In this document: one piece after another, positions 13,387 through 26,107 of the stretch
Numbering within the stretch: position 1 is the first letter of the stretch
Layout: the number at the start of each line of letters is the position of its first letter
Origin: Octopus sinensis
Lineage: Eukaryota
DNA length: 64,000 bases
Assembly (NCBI RefSeq): GCF_006345805.1
Contig: NC_043014.1
Location: forward strand, 2,170,001-2,234,000
Direction: 5' to 3'
Translations under genes and position numbers: made by a program
The notes under the pieces: model-generated
What the model was told of the DNA's origin: nothing
Database searches by the model: none
The model's input: only the letters and a program-made list of their open reading frames with translations

Positions 13387-13998
13387 ATTTTCTCAAGGTA
13401 CTCTTGGATAATTTCTGAAATTATGCTTAATTAAATATAAGGATTTACAATTATGATACAATTGTCACAATTCGAACGCTAATTGCAATTATAATAATTA
13501 TTAGAAATAAGAATTTTATCATATTATTAATAATTTTCTGATTTATGCACAAAGTTATATTTTCTAGGATTAGCCGATTAAATCAACCCCGGGATTATTT
13601 GTTGCTTCATTTTATTGGCCCTGAAAGGATGAAAAGCAGATTTAACCTCGGTGGGACCTGGATTCAGAAAGTAATAAGGGGCAACAAATACTATAAAGCA
13701 ATTTTCAAGAAGAAAATACAAGACTAAACATGAGAAGCCAGGGAGAATAATCGAGTGGAAGTTATGTAGAAAGCTAGGATTTGGTTATAGTGATAAATGG
13801 TGCGAACCTGAATCTAGTGAAATGCTGGAAAGTAAGAAATAGGGGTTTTAACAATTAGTTTGATAACACTTTCAATCATTTAAGATCAGAAACCATGAGA
13901 GCCAGTGCCTGGTACTACATATTATTATGAAGTGTGTGTTGGGACTGTTCCCCTCATCCGTCACCTTGATAACAAATACAAGAAATCCCCATTTATTA

Positions 13999-14041
<43 letters not shown>

Positions 14042-14042
<1 letters not shown>

Positions 14043-14551
14043 GAGTGAGAGAGCAGTTCCTGCCATCAAAGTGACACTGGGGTAAAATATACGAAGTCCA
14101 GTATATCCATCATGGCTACCCGTCTGATAAGGGTACACCAGGCACATGCATCACAACCATATGTGCGCGACATGGTGATCTCATGTCAAGATAAACAGCA
14201 CATGACCTTGCGGTCGGGGCCCAGTTAGAATTTTCTTCAGGTTGAGTAGCCCATCCCGCTCAAAAGGTCCCTGAATAAGGGTTGTTTAAGGATATTGAAA
14301 GAACCACCCATGTTTCCAGAGGTGAATTATTCAAACCCCAAAAGAATCCCTCTCAACACATGGCTATGATGCTCCCCCACTACTTCTGCTCGTGATCGGA
14401 GATGCACATATCGTCAGCCACTAAGGGACATGCTCAACTGATTAAGGTCAAACAACTGACAAGCAAATCTGTGGTATTGAGCAGAATATTTGCTGTAGCC
14501 TATCTTTTATACCAAAACAAAACAATGTACATGATAACACTTCCAATCAGT
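14042..14551 (-). repeat. ~510-540 bp non-coding interspersed element flanked by (AAT)n
   Basis: Reverse complement of 29948-30490; a further partial 5' copy at 13868-13995. Confidence 0.8.
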
Positions 14552-14552
14552 A

Positions 14553-14577
14553 ATTATTATTATTATTATTATTATTA

Positions 14578-14609
<32 letters not shown>

Positions 14610-14662
14610 CATTATCATTATTATTATATTATTATATTATTATTATTTATTATTATTATTAT

Positions 14663-14756
<94 letters not shown>

Positions 14757-14805
14757 CATTTTATTATTATTATTATTATCATTATTATTATTATTATTAT
14801 TATTA

Positions 14806-14847
<42 letters not shown>

Positions 14848-14933
14848 TATTATTATTATTTTATTATCATTATTATTATTATTATTATTATCATTATTAT
14901 CATTATTATTTTATTATTATTATTATTATTATC

Positions 14934-14969
<36 letters not shown>

Positions 14970-15010
14970 TTATTATTATTATTATTATTATCATTATTAT
15001 ATTATTATTC
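14553..15010. repeat. (ATT/ATC)n microsatellite
   Basis: Seen directly; a second tract lies at 15585-15955. Confidence 0.95.
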
Positions 15011-15011
15011 T

Positions 15012-15584
15012 ATGTTTGACTTTTGCTTTATATTTGTACAAGTTGGCTCCAAGTCTCACCCAGAGACCTCAAGAGACAACAGGGTTGGAAGTTCATGTTG
15101 TTGTTATGCCTAGTGTGCCATATATTGGGGGGTGGGGATGTTGTACTAATGAATGTCTAAAAAAAAAAATTTTTTTTTTTTTTTTTTTTTAAACCGAAAA
15201 TTATGGTTGTTTTAAACCTTGAGGTTACATAGAGAGTATTTTGCGTAGGATATGAGCAGTTCCCATGAGCACTATCTTTTGAGCTTCTGCCATTTTTGGG
15301 TTTCCTGGTATCTGAGTTAGGTAGCTATCAGCCCCTTTTGCTATCATTCCCAGGGCACCTATGACAACAGGTATTGTTTTAGTCTTCAGCTTCCACATTT
15401 TGCTGATTTCTATTTCAAGATCTTTATATTTGCTCAGTTTTTGGTAGGTCCTGACAGATACGTTTATATCGATTGGGACAGTCATATCAATGAGGAGGCA
15501 TGTTCTTTGTTTGAAGTCTGGCCTATTTGCATCTATCTTCCTGTCAGTTTGAATGGCAGGAAGATAGATGCAAATAGGCCAGAC
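15012..15584 (-). mobile_element. R4/Dong-like non-LTR retrotransposon 3' fragment (REL endonuclease)
   Basis: TVPIDINVSVRTYQKLSKYKDLEIEISKMWKLKTKTIPVVIGALGMI...LMGTAHILRKILSM; flanked by (AAT)n. Confidence 0.82.
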
Positions 15585-15594
15585 ATTATTATTA

Positions 15595-15648
<54 letters not shown>

Positions 15649-15795
15649 CATTATTATTATTATTATATTATTATTATTATTATATTATTATTATTATTAT
15701 TATCATTATTATTATTATTATTATTATTATCATTATTATTATTATTATCATTATTATTATTATCATTATTATTATTATTATTATCATTATTATTA

Positions 15796-15828
<33 letters not shown>

Positions 15829-15891
15829 CATCATTATTATTATTATTATTATCATTATTATTATCATTATTATTATTATATATTATTATTA

Positions 15892-15953
<62 letters not shown>

Positions 15954-15962
15954 GCTACTTAC

Positions 15963-16128
15963 ACACCCAAAAGACATAGGACAACATCAGTAACACAAAG
16001 TTAATGTTTTTAAAAAATTCAACACCCATTATATTTGTGCAGCGTTTCGCCAGTGAATTCTCATCTTTCCGGTTCCTGACAACGTATTCGCCCTTGACGC
16101 TATTTTTATCTGCTGTTGAAGGACTGTC
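15963..16128 (-). CDS. SLC16 paralogue B, exon 5 (end of loop, start of TM7); absent from the ORF track
   Basis: TTTTAG / T|GTAAGT; 166 nt, phase 0-1; DSPSTADK...MGVEFFKNINFVLLMLSYVFWV. Confidence 0.85.
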
Positions 16129-16626
16129 CTAAAACAAAAGAGAAAAGAATTTAGATTAATATTCAAAGAATTTTCATAACGATCCTTTTAAGCGTTCTGA
16201 TTCCTTTTTATAAGTGTCTCACCATTTATATAAATAATTAATTATTTCGTAACATTGAAATGTGCAATAATTAAATGAAAAACAGCAGACGACATATCCA
16301 GACTGGACGTGCGAATTCTAACCTTTTAAGAAACTTTTCCTTATGAAACGCGTTCAATTCAGGCTTAGTTAATTTGCCTTGGGTTACACCATGCTGAGGA
16401 TCCCCAAAGACGGATTTATTAGACTGTACACAAACACCATCGATGTTAAATTTTTTTTTTAAAACACGAAATTTTAAAAACTTTATTTCATGTTGAAATA
16501 AAAAGTAAAAGATTAAGAACTAAAAATTAAATATACAAGTTCACCAGCGCAACTGAATTTTACTTAAGAGAAATTCTCTATTACTGGTACAACACGTATG
16601 TGCGTGTGTGTGTGTTTGTGCGTGTG

Positions 16627-16658
<32 letters not shown>

Positions 16659-17022
16659 CGTGTGTGTGTGTGTCTTTGTATCTGTCTTTGTCTCTCCACC
16701 ACCGCTGTACAACAGCTGCTTGTGTGTTTATGTCCCCGTGATTTAAGGGTTTGGTAAAGGAAACTGCTAGAATAAGTACCAGGCTTTACAAAGTACTAGG
16801 GTCGATTCATTCAACTAAAAATTGTTCAAGGCAATGCCCCAGCATGGCCGAAGTCTAATGACTTTTGTAAGTAAAAATGAAAGGTTCGGTTATAGCAATG
16901 GAACACTGTTGAAGAACTCTTACATATTTCGATATACTCAGAGAAAAAAACATATCGTTAATAATAAGTATTAATCAATTATCAGAATTAATTAACAAAC
17001 AATAAAGCAATTACTCTCTCAC

Positions 17023-17138
17023 CACGTTCTGTGTTTCTTTTAACTTTATGAATCTCTCGTTTCGGATCCTTCTCTCTCTGGTGATTCCTGTGTTGTGGGA
17101 TTCTTCATCTTCCATCACAGAAGTTTGGTTGGTTCCGT
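17023..17138 (-). CDS. SLC16 paralogue B, exon 4 (cytoplasmic loop)
   Basis: CTAATTTCTGCCTCACCAG acceptor and GTG|GTGAGA donor; 116 nt, phase 1-0, which is the phase needed to join exons 3 and 5; DGTNQTSVMEDEESHNTG...ETQNV. Confidence 0.75.
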
Positions 17139-17241
17139 CTGGTGAGGCAGAAATTAGATTTCTACAAAACAGTAAGGATCGTGTTCTTTTTCTGTGTATA
17201 TATACATAAATGCATAAACACACATATGCAGACATATATAT

Positions 17242-17303
<62 letters not shown>

Positions 17304-18179
17304 TAGACCACCCGTGACCCGTTGAGTCACCGAGAAACTCAGAGTTTCCCAGCAATTGAGTCTTGTTTCATGGGTTCTTTCTTTTCCAGGTTGTATTGAA
17401 TGTGACATCGAAATCACGTGTAAACGGCTCCTTTCCCCAGAAAAGGACAGATTTGGCTACTATTCCTTGCACGCTCTGCTACCAAGTAACAGGTATTTCG
17501 GCTCCTTTGTTGCAAATAGCTGTTACGTGGTAGCAGAGCATTCTAGAAATAACAGCCAAATACGTTGAATGCACTCGAATAAAAAAACTTAGCGTCTAAT
17601 AGAAAGATAAGAGTTTCCTCCCTTTCGGGATGAAGATTATTTTTGGATCATTTTCCAATTATGCAGCGTTTTGGGTAGTTATACCCTAAAAATCTCTGAT
17701 ATCTTGCAAACTACCGATTTACGCGAAACTTGTTTCATTCAATTCGTATCGACATTTCAGGGTAACTTAATTCGTAGTATTTTCCCAGTATGCTTGTAAT
17801 GTTAGTTTCGCAGACTAACATTACAAGCAAGCAAGATTAAAACTGACTTTTAATGTATTATAGATATATTTTTGTATTTCTGGATGGTAATTTTTTTTTT
17901 TTTGCCAAATAAACACACGCACTATATATTCATTCATCATTCTTTTATTACTGTTCTTATTCTAACTTATGTCCATTGTCCGGAAACCAAAGATCTTTCG
18001 TCACGCATCTCTGAGAGGAATGAGTAGAGCAAGAGCACACACGAAGACAGAAAGTGTCGCTGAGGCGGTCACAGATGTGTCATGAAAGATTCCTGGACGA
18101 TGAACATGAGTTAGAACAAGAACAATAATAAACGAGTGAAGAACTGAAAACCAAGAATATTGCAACACAACTTCATAAC

Positions 18180-18245
<66 letters not shown>

Positions 18246-18247
<2 letters not shown>

Positions 18248-18266
18248 GTGTACAGACATCCTAAAT
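18246..18266 (-). CDS. Candidate frame-preserving 21-nt microexon in the loop of SLC16 paralogue B (DLGCLYT)
   Basis: TTTTCACTTCAG|ATTTAGGATGTCTGTACACAG|GTATAT; phase 1-1, no stop codon; not needed for an intact ORF. Confidence 0.35.
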
Positions 18267-18609
18267 CTGAAGTGAAAATGCTGCTAAAACTAACTACTTC
18301 TATAAGGATTAATTTATATAACACGTGTGTTTGAAGAACTAAAACTTGTGAAAAGCAGTTACACGAACACTTTTCTTTTTTTAAAAGCATAATCAATTAT
18401 TACTTTTTATTGTAAGAAAATCTTTTTCAAATATGGTCATTCTATCAAGAAACTTTTGAAAAACTATTGTACATCTCACTTGCAAGGTACCAATGTAGAA
18501 CGTGTCGAAACCATCGTAGTGGGTAAAGAGTCTGGTGAATTCCATTTTCTTTCTCTCTCTTACACAGACAGACACACATACGCACACGCACACATATAAC
18601 ATTTGTATG

Positions 18610-18669
<60 letters not shown>

Positions 18670-18749
18670 ATATATTATATATATATATATATACATATAT
18701 ACATATACATATATATATATATATACATACATACACACACACACATATA

Positions 18750-18782
<33 letters not shown>

Positions 18783-18883
18783 CGTGTATATATTATATAT
18801 ATTCGCCTATGTATTTGCACATGTGTATATATTCTGTGTATTATATACATACGTAATAATATTTCAAATTGTAACGATCTTAC

Positions 18884-19156
18884 CTTTAGATTCTTTCTGC
18901 TCAACATTTTTGTAGGCATATTGCAGGGGTCGGCAAAGCGATCCAAAAACAACAATATTCAAAAGTGCCCCTGAAATAAGAAGCAAGGTCCCTCTCAGTC
19001 CATAAAAGTCTATGAGGTACTCAAGTAACATATTGGCCACTAATGTCCCCATTCCACCACCACAATTCGATATTCCTATTGCCAAAGCACGCTTCTTTTC
19101 AAAATAGAATCCTGCAATGATTTGTCCGGTGAAAAATGACATTCCAAGTGACACAC
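18884..19156 (-). CDS. SLC16 paralogue B, exon 3 (TM4-TM6)
   Basis: TTTTTCAG / AAG|GTAAGA; 273 nt; [35 protein letters not shown]...[12 protein letters not shown]...GSLCRPL; SLC16 YFxKxRxxA motif. Confidence 0.93.
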
Positions 19157-19735
19157 CTGAAAAAAAAAAGGTAAAATAATTCACAAAAATAATTTTGGAA
19201 ATACACAGCAATATATTACAGACAGATGAAAGCGGTGTAGCTATTTTGCGACTGACTGGTGATTTTTGAATTGTGCTTCTAAATGCGGTGTGTTTGTCCA
19301 TTTAGAAGTTTCTAAAGTACTTTTACCATTTCCATAATTACTTCCATTGTTTAACTGGAAGTTAGAAACTGATTATTTAAAAGTTAGATTTGTGATGACT
19401 GGTGTTAGAATTTCTCTGTTTATATCGTGACTATGGACTGGAAAGCTTATTCGACATTAGATATTGGTGATAAAACGAGTCGTTAAGTTTCGTTGGTTGG
19501 TTGGGTTGGTCAGAAGGAGTGTTTTTCAACATGTCTGTAGGAATTCTTAGAACAACACATGCATAATGGCTGGGAAATTCTTGGGTCTCCACAGATACGA
19601 TTTACGTAAGCACTAGCGCATTCACCACTTCAAAAGGGAATGTTTTGGCTACTCCTTCTCTCTCCCAACAAATATACTACTACTACTACCACCACCACCA
19701 ACACTGCTACTACCACCAACACCAACACCACTACT

Positions 19736-19783
<48 letters not shown>

Positions 19784-20884
19784 ACTACTACTACTACTAC
19801 TACTACTACTATGAACAGAACTTTCCGTCAGTATTCTGTTATTTATTTTTTTCTGCTCATTCATCCATTGTTCCGTCCCTCCCGTTGTTAATGAGGTAAT
19901 TAATTTATTTCTTATTGTTATTTTGGCGGTCATTAATTATTATTTGTAAAACTGTATCAAGCTGAGTAATTAGTCAAGCCATGAGAAGTACAAATGACGT
20001 CAGTCGCTCACACATTATGTAAAAGGTGAATGTACTATCTCGCCAGACGTGACAACAAACAGTCGAAATGTGTGTCATTTTGATGACATCGCAACATTAT
20101 CTATTCTCCCCCCCGACACACACCACACACCACACGCACCACACACATACGCATACACACACACACCACAAACACACGCATACACACACACCACAAACAC
20201 AAACACATAGACGCTCAAACATTGATTCAAGTCGGCTCAGTAATAAGTGAGCCCTTCGTTAATGAGCTTCAAAGCTAAGAGGATATTTTAGCCCAGCCGA
20301 TGATTAGCCCAGCTTTAACCAAATTTATCTCGTAAATATTTCCGTTAAACAGAACATAGCACCGTGTCAGTTGGCATTGTGTCTTTTTTACACTCCCGAA
20401 AGAGAAAGATAACATTTTTATTACAGGGTGGCCAGACATATGTTCGTTCCGATGGTGACATTTTCTTATCAGCTTCTACCTTTCGGAAGTTAACGAAACC
20501 AGCAAAAGATAAACATTTTCAATCATAATTTGAATATTTCGAGAAAATATTCTTATCTATGCGGTTTATTTTTCTTTGCACCTCGTTACACTTTCGCGTG
20601 TTGAGTGCAATTATTCTCAAAATCTATGAACGCATTCGGTATATTTTTATTACATTATTGTCCGAGCTTTTAAATTGCGTGTGTTCGATGCAATTCTTTC
20701 CAAAATCCACGGACAGGTTTCTTATATTTTAAATCCGTATTTGTCCTCGCTCGTTTAAATTCTACATGTTTAAAATCCACGAACACATTTAATAGATATT
20801 TTCATCCCATGATGGTCCGATCAATTTCAGTTATTTCCCAACTTTCTACAATGACATTACGTTTTCTTTTTTATTTCTTTTTTT

Positions 20885-21235
20885 CAGACCAGACTAAAGA
20901 CGGTCTTATCACTTCAACTTCGGTTTGGACAGCAGTGTTTTAGAAGAACATTGTTCTCCGTCAAACGGTTGCTCTGGAGTCCTTCAATATTCCATCATCT
21001 ATACGACCCACATGACCTGCCCAATGCGGTCTGTTTCGCTGTAAAAGATCTTTTATCTCTACAGCGTACGCTAACCTTGAAACCTCAGCATCGCTCACAT
21101 CTCACCAAGATATATGCAAAATTTGAAGAGAGCATTCTCGTTGAAATCATCTCTATGTTTAGAATACAATGTCTAAGTTCTACAGACATTTGAGAAAACA
21201 GACAAAATGCGTGTCTGGGAGTAAATATTTGGCAG
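20885..21235 (-). mobile_element. Degraded RTE-clade LINE 3' fragment
   Basis: Broken-frame LQILHISW, LLQRNRPHWAGHVGRIDDG. Confidence 0.5.
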
Positions 21236-22024
21236 TCATTCCTGCATATCTTGGAGAGCACAGGGAAGAGGTTATAATTTCCTAAATGATAGCCACGGCT
21301 CTGTTTGCCATTTTGCTCGTCATGGCTATCATTTGGAAAATTGCAATCTTCACTATCGTCTCAAATCTGTGAGTGTGTGTGTATGTGCGTGCGTGTGTGT
21401 GTGTGTGTGTGTGTGTTGTGTGTGTGTGTGTGTGTGTGTGCGTGTGTGTGTGTGTGCGTGCGTGCGTGTGTGTGTGTGTGCGTGCGTGCGTGTGTGCGTA
21501 CGTGTGTGTGTGTGTGTGTGTGTGTGCGTGTGTGCGTGCGTGTGTGTGCGTGCGTGCGTGCGTGTGTGTGTGTGTGTGTGTGTGCGTGTGTGTGTGTGTG
21601 TATTACTTGTTTCAGTCATTGCGGCCTGGCTTGAGAAGGGTTTAGTCGCACGAACCGTCGCCAGGGCGTTGAAGTCGTTTGGGTGGGGGGGATAATGTGG
21701 TTGTGTCTGTTTGGTAAGTATTGTAGTACAAATAGTAACCGTTGGTACTGTTAGTGTAAGGGTTCGATGTGGCAAGAAATTATTGATGCGACAGGCTGCT
21801 CCTGCACACCCAGGTCAGCTCCCATTTGGAGTATTGTGGAATATTTGTGTAGGGAGCAACTTGTGTGGGCTTTGTACAGGTTGCAATGACAAAAAAATTA
21901 CAGTTTTCTGCACTTTAAAAGGATTTGTTGTGGAATAATTTGGAATTCCTGACATTTATTCTTATTTTTTTAAAGATGACATATTGACGTTTGGAATATA
22001 TTTGGATGGTCAACGGAATCTCAC

Positions 22025-22168
22025 CTGCGATGAGGCCATATGTAACGATCATCATATCGATACTGGTTGAAAACGCTCCCAATATGGCTCCTATGAAACC
22101 CAGAAGACCTGCTAATATGATCACTGTCCGATGGCTAAAGTAAACCAACAACATATTGGCCACTGGAG
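22025..22168 (-). CDS. SLC16 paralogue B, exon 2 (TM2-TM4)
   Basis: TTTCCAG / CAG|GTGAGA; 144 nt; APVANMLLVYFSHRTVIILAGLLGFIGAILGAFSTSIDMMIVTYGLIA. Confidence 0.92.
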
Positions 22169-22620
22169 CTGGAAATAGAATGTGATAAGGATTGGTCAAG
22201 TGAATGAGGTGTCAACACCGTGGTTTAGGTTCGATCTAATTATTGATTTTGTACTTTATATTGGAAATGAAGCTGAACTCTCTTTTTTAACTCATTTATC
22301 AGAAGAGTGAATAAAAACAGATGAATCCTTCCGGACAACTTGATATTCGCCATTTTTTATCAGGAAACAGACGTAAGTAATGGAGTCAAGATGAAATTCG
22401 GGTAAATGAGAAATATTTAATGATATTTTGATGAAAACGATACCATGTCATGATAGATATATAATAAAAACAAACATATAATGATCAATATATAATGATG
22501 GCTTTAGGTCGATAATAGAAAAGCATCGTGGGAAAGATATTCAAATGGGAAATTTAATAGAAAAATATTTTGTGACCAAAATGGGAAATTGAAGAAAAAG
22601 AAAATAGGTATGGCATTTAC

Positions 22621-22870
22621 CTGCAAGCATACTGAGTCCAATCAGTAGTGCTCCGATTAAAGACAGCTTCGATACTGGGTCATCAAAGATTCTGGTGAGA
22701 CCAATGAGGAATATTCCAGAAGGACTTGTCACTGCATTTACTATGAAACAGAGAGAGGCTGCAGCAAAGCAGACGACCCATCCCCAGCCGCCATCTGGTG
22801 GCACCGGTCGTTTCTCATAACTTTCCACATCTTTGAGAACTGTTTCGTGTTGTACGGAGTTAAAGGACAT
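22621..22870 (-). CDS. SLC16 paralogue B, first coding exon
   Basis: ATG at 22870; PPDGGWGWVVC SLC16 signature; CAG|GTAAAT donor; a TTTCAG acceptor 16 nt upstream of the ATG implies a non-coding upstream exon. The spliced CDS totals 1470 nt = 489 aa. Confidence 0.93.
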
Positions 22871-22929
22871 TTTTCGAATAAATTTACTGAAATGATTTTA
22901 AATAAAACAAAGTAGATTTCGTATTTGCT

Positions 22930-23200
22930 CAGAAGTCTTGAAGTGTTTGAATTTCCACATAAACAGTGACACAGACCGCCTCTATCTAAAACGAAAACAA
23001 GGCGACAGAGGCTTAACATCGATCCAATATGCCTTTAAATGTCGCCTCATATCCCTTCGGCAACAACTTTTAACCACCAAGTGTCGAAGCGCATCCCTCA
23101 CATATGAGGCTGATAACATCATAAGACTTGGAAGGCAGCTCCTTGAGCAACATTCTTTATCTGATAACCTAGAATACATCTCGTCATTAGCAGTCTAATC
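22930..23200 (+). mobile_element. Degraded R4-like RT C-terminal fragment
   Basis: SDTDRLYLKRKQGDRGLTSIQ resembles the DVDRLYLPRAQG segment near 28680. Confidence 0.45.
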
Positions 23201-24210
23201 ATTAGGTAATAGTTACAAAAATTGTTATCTTACATTGTAATATTTGAGAGAAAACAAAAATAGTATTTATGAAGAAAAAGACTTAAAATTATATTTTGTT
23301 AGTGAAGATTTAAGGAGAATATAGGAAATATAATCGAAGTCAATAGAATACAGTTTATATTGTGAACGAAGTAAATATTTTGGGGGATAAATACCCATCG
23401 ATTATTTGGAAATTCTAATCAGCAGAAACTTTAAGTTAAAAGATCGAACTAAACTTTCTAGAGTATTCTCCTCTTATCGTCTGCCAATTACTTTTATTTA
23501 CCAATGAATTATCAAATAAACTATTTAGCTAATGAGACGATTACAAAAAGGAAACGATGAACTTACGAAATCGCTATCACTGCTTCTTGGAGACGATAAA
23601 AGCCAAGGAAGTGGGTTATTGTTTCTTTATGTGAAACGATTCTTAGCCCAAAACATTATTCTTTACATTTTAGTCTTCTAATTCCAGTAAATTTTGGCTG
23701 ATAATTTTTCTCCATCAATTAAATGATTGCATTTCCAAAAGTCTGACGATCAACAATTATACCCGTCCCACGGGTATATATATCTACCGAGACTTTAGTA
23801 ATTATTGAAACTGGCTGTCGATGAGAGGAAAGTAACCTTTGTTAATTACATCAAAACTAATTACTGCGTCACGATCAGACGTTGAATAACCAGCGAAACA
23901 CTACGAAACTGTTGGGTTTATATTTTACAGAAATGGAAGATTGTGTGAATTGTTTCGCTTTACCTTTTGAATGAAAAGAACGGTGGAAGTTCCAGGCAGA
24001 GAGAAATGTGGCGTTGTGAAGTTCATGCGGAATGAGATTCGTTAATTATTGTTGCTGTTATTGTTGTTGTTTTTGTGCTGTTTAATTGACGAAACGATCG
24101 ACTCCGTGAGATATATGCAGGCAGACAGGCATTTCTTTCAGGATATTCAGATAAGTTTTGTGGCAGAATATAGTTTAATGACTTTATCTTTGCACACACA
24201 CACACACACA

Positions 24211-24253
<43 letters not shown>

Positions 24254-24696
24254 ACACACACACACACATACGCACACACACACACGCACACACACATATA
24301 TATATATTCATACACACACGTATATATACATACACACGTATACATGCATGCACTCACACACACATATGCATATATATATATATATGTATATACATTCACA
24401 ATCATATGCATACATGTATACACACACACACACACATACATACATATATATATATATATATACATATATGTATGTATGTGTGTGTGTGTGTGTGTTTGTA
24501 TATGTCATGTGGATGTGTATGCACTTGTGTGTATAACAAGTATATATGTGCACGTATATTTATGCTTATATCTATAAACGAATGTGTACATGCAAGTGTG
24601 TATATTGGTATGTTGCGTATATATGTATGCTTCAGTAATTATCAGCCTGGGAAAACAGAAAATACACAGATATATATATATGCGTGTGTGTGTGTG

Positions 24697-24736
<40 letters not shown>

Positions 24737-25339
24737 TGTGTGAGTGTGTGTGTGTGTGTGTGTCAGCATGTTACTATACTGCAATGCCTATCAACGTATG
24801 AAAGCAGAAAAACGATAGAGCTTTCTATGTCTGTGAGTCTTATGGCTGCTGAAGTCAAACTGTATAATTGCTGCACTGATGAGGCCCAATGAGGCAGAAA
24901 CATGTGGGGTAACTCTCTCTCTTTATCACGAACAAAACTTCCCTTTTCTTTAATGGCGCATTAAGAATAATGTTTTTGTTCCTTGCCTCTAGACTTTGTG
25001 TATTTTCACTGGAAGTGAAGAACTCTTCGATAAAGCAAGAATTTAGTTTGTCTTCGGGACATCAGTGCAGCCTGCTCCTCTGTATTTTGGTTGTAATTTG
25101 TTGGTGGGACGAGGGCAGAAGTTTTGAACTTGTTTAGATCTGTATTTCCAGATTCTTTTTGTATATTGCGTTCAGGCCATTCTGTAGATCCTCAAGGTTC
25201 CTGACTGCCTGTACCATCATCACCTGCACAGGTGGAACGAGTGGCCGACTGTCACGAGTGAGGCTAAGAATTAGAGAACCACCACCAACAGCTGGGGTCC
25301 TCTACAGTTCCGTCTACACACATATGCATATATGTTCGC

Positions 25340-25396
<57 letters not shown>

Positions 25397-25476
25397 CATA
25401 CATGCACGCATACACACACAGACACATACACACACGTACATACATACATGCACACACAGACACACACAGACACACA

Positions 25477-25530
<54 letters not shown>

Positions 25531-25660
25531 GATGGACTCTTCCGTCGCTGGACGACGTAGGAGGGTTCGTCAATTTCTTACCGAAGCAAGTGTCTTCTGC
25601 TGTAGCTTCGAGCCGATCTTGTGAGTGGATTTGCGAGACGGAGACTGAAAGAAGCCCGTC

Positions 25661-25701
<41 letters not shown>

Positions 25702-25720
25702 CGCGCGCGTATTTACTCTA

Positions 25721-26107
25721 GTATTTACTCACAATCAACTTTTATTTCCTGTCCTACAAGCGTTCAATGTGACCACCACCTGCAGCATGGGCGACATCAA
25801 TGCGATAAGAGAATTCCTCCCAGACGCTTATCAGTATATCTCGATCCAATTACGTTGATTGCTGTTGTTATTCAATATTTAAGGTCATCGATGTTTGTGT
25901 GTAGCGGTGAAATATAGATGTGATCTTTTACCTGCCCCCCACAATAAAAAAAATCTTAAACATCGAATAACAACAGCAGGCAACTCAATGAATGATGATA
26001 TGCGTCTGGGAGGAATTCCCTCATCACGTTGATATTCCCGTGCTGCAGGTGGTGGCCACATTGAACAGTTGTAAGACAGGAAATAAAAGTTGATTGTGAG
26101 TAAATAC
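25721..26107. mobile_element. Fold-back / MITE-like element
   Basis: ~150-160 bp inverted arms (gtatttactcacaatcaactttt... / ...aaagttgattgtgagtaaatac) with an ~80-bp spacer. Confidence 0.7.

Noticed and set aside
14402-16004. Long poly-I/L/Y ORFs here, and the many CV/HT/YI ORFs across the window
   Set aside because: They are translations of (ATT)n, (CA)n, (TA)n and (TATG)n microsatellites.
17139-17190. Upstream acceptors (TTTTGTAG at ~17163, ACACAG at ~17192) for paralogue B exon 4
   Set aside because: Both would start the exon in phase 2, which is incompatible with the phase-1 end of exon 3; the CCAG at 17139 fits.
18001-18396. 131-aa hydrophobic ORF with a TTTTCAG acceptor inside paralogue B
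   Set aside because: It shows no SLC16 similarity, ends in a stop, and is explained by a fold-back arm plus (TA)n.
23962-24040. Possible non-coding first exon of B (AAG|GTAAAG donor); likewise 45174-45276 for C (TTTTCAG...CAG|GTAAAG)
   Set aside because: Only splice-like motifs are present, with no homology or transcript evidence.
24870-24915. CTGATGAGGCC...GGCAGAAACATGT hammerhead-like motif, with a partial inverted copy near 25070
   Set aside because: There is no UH cleavage triplet and no stem I pairing; too decayed to call.
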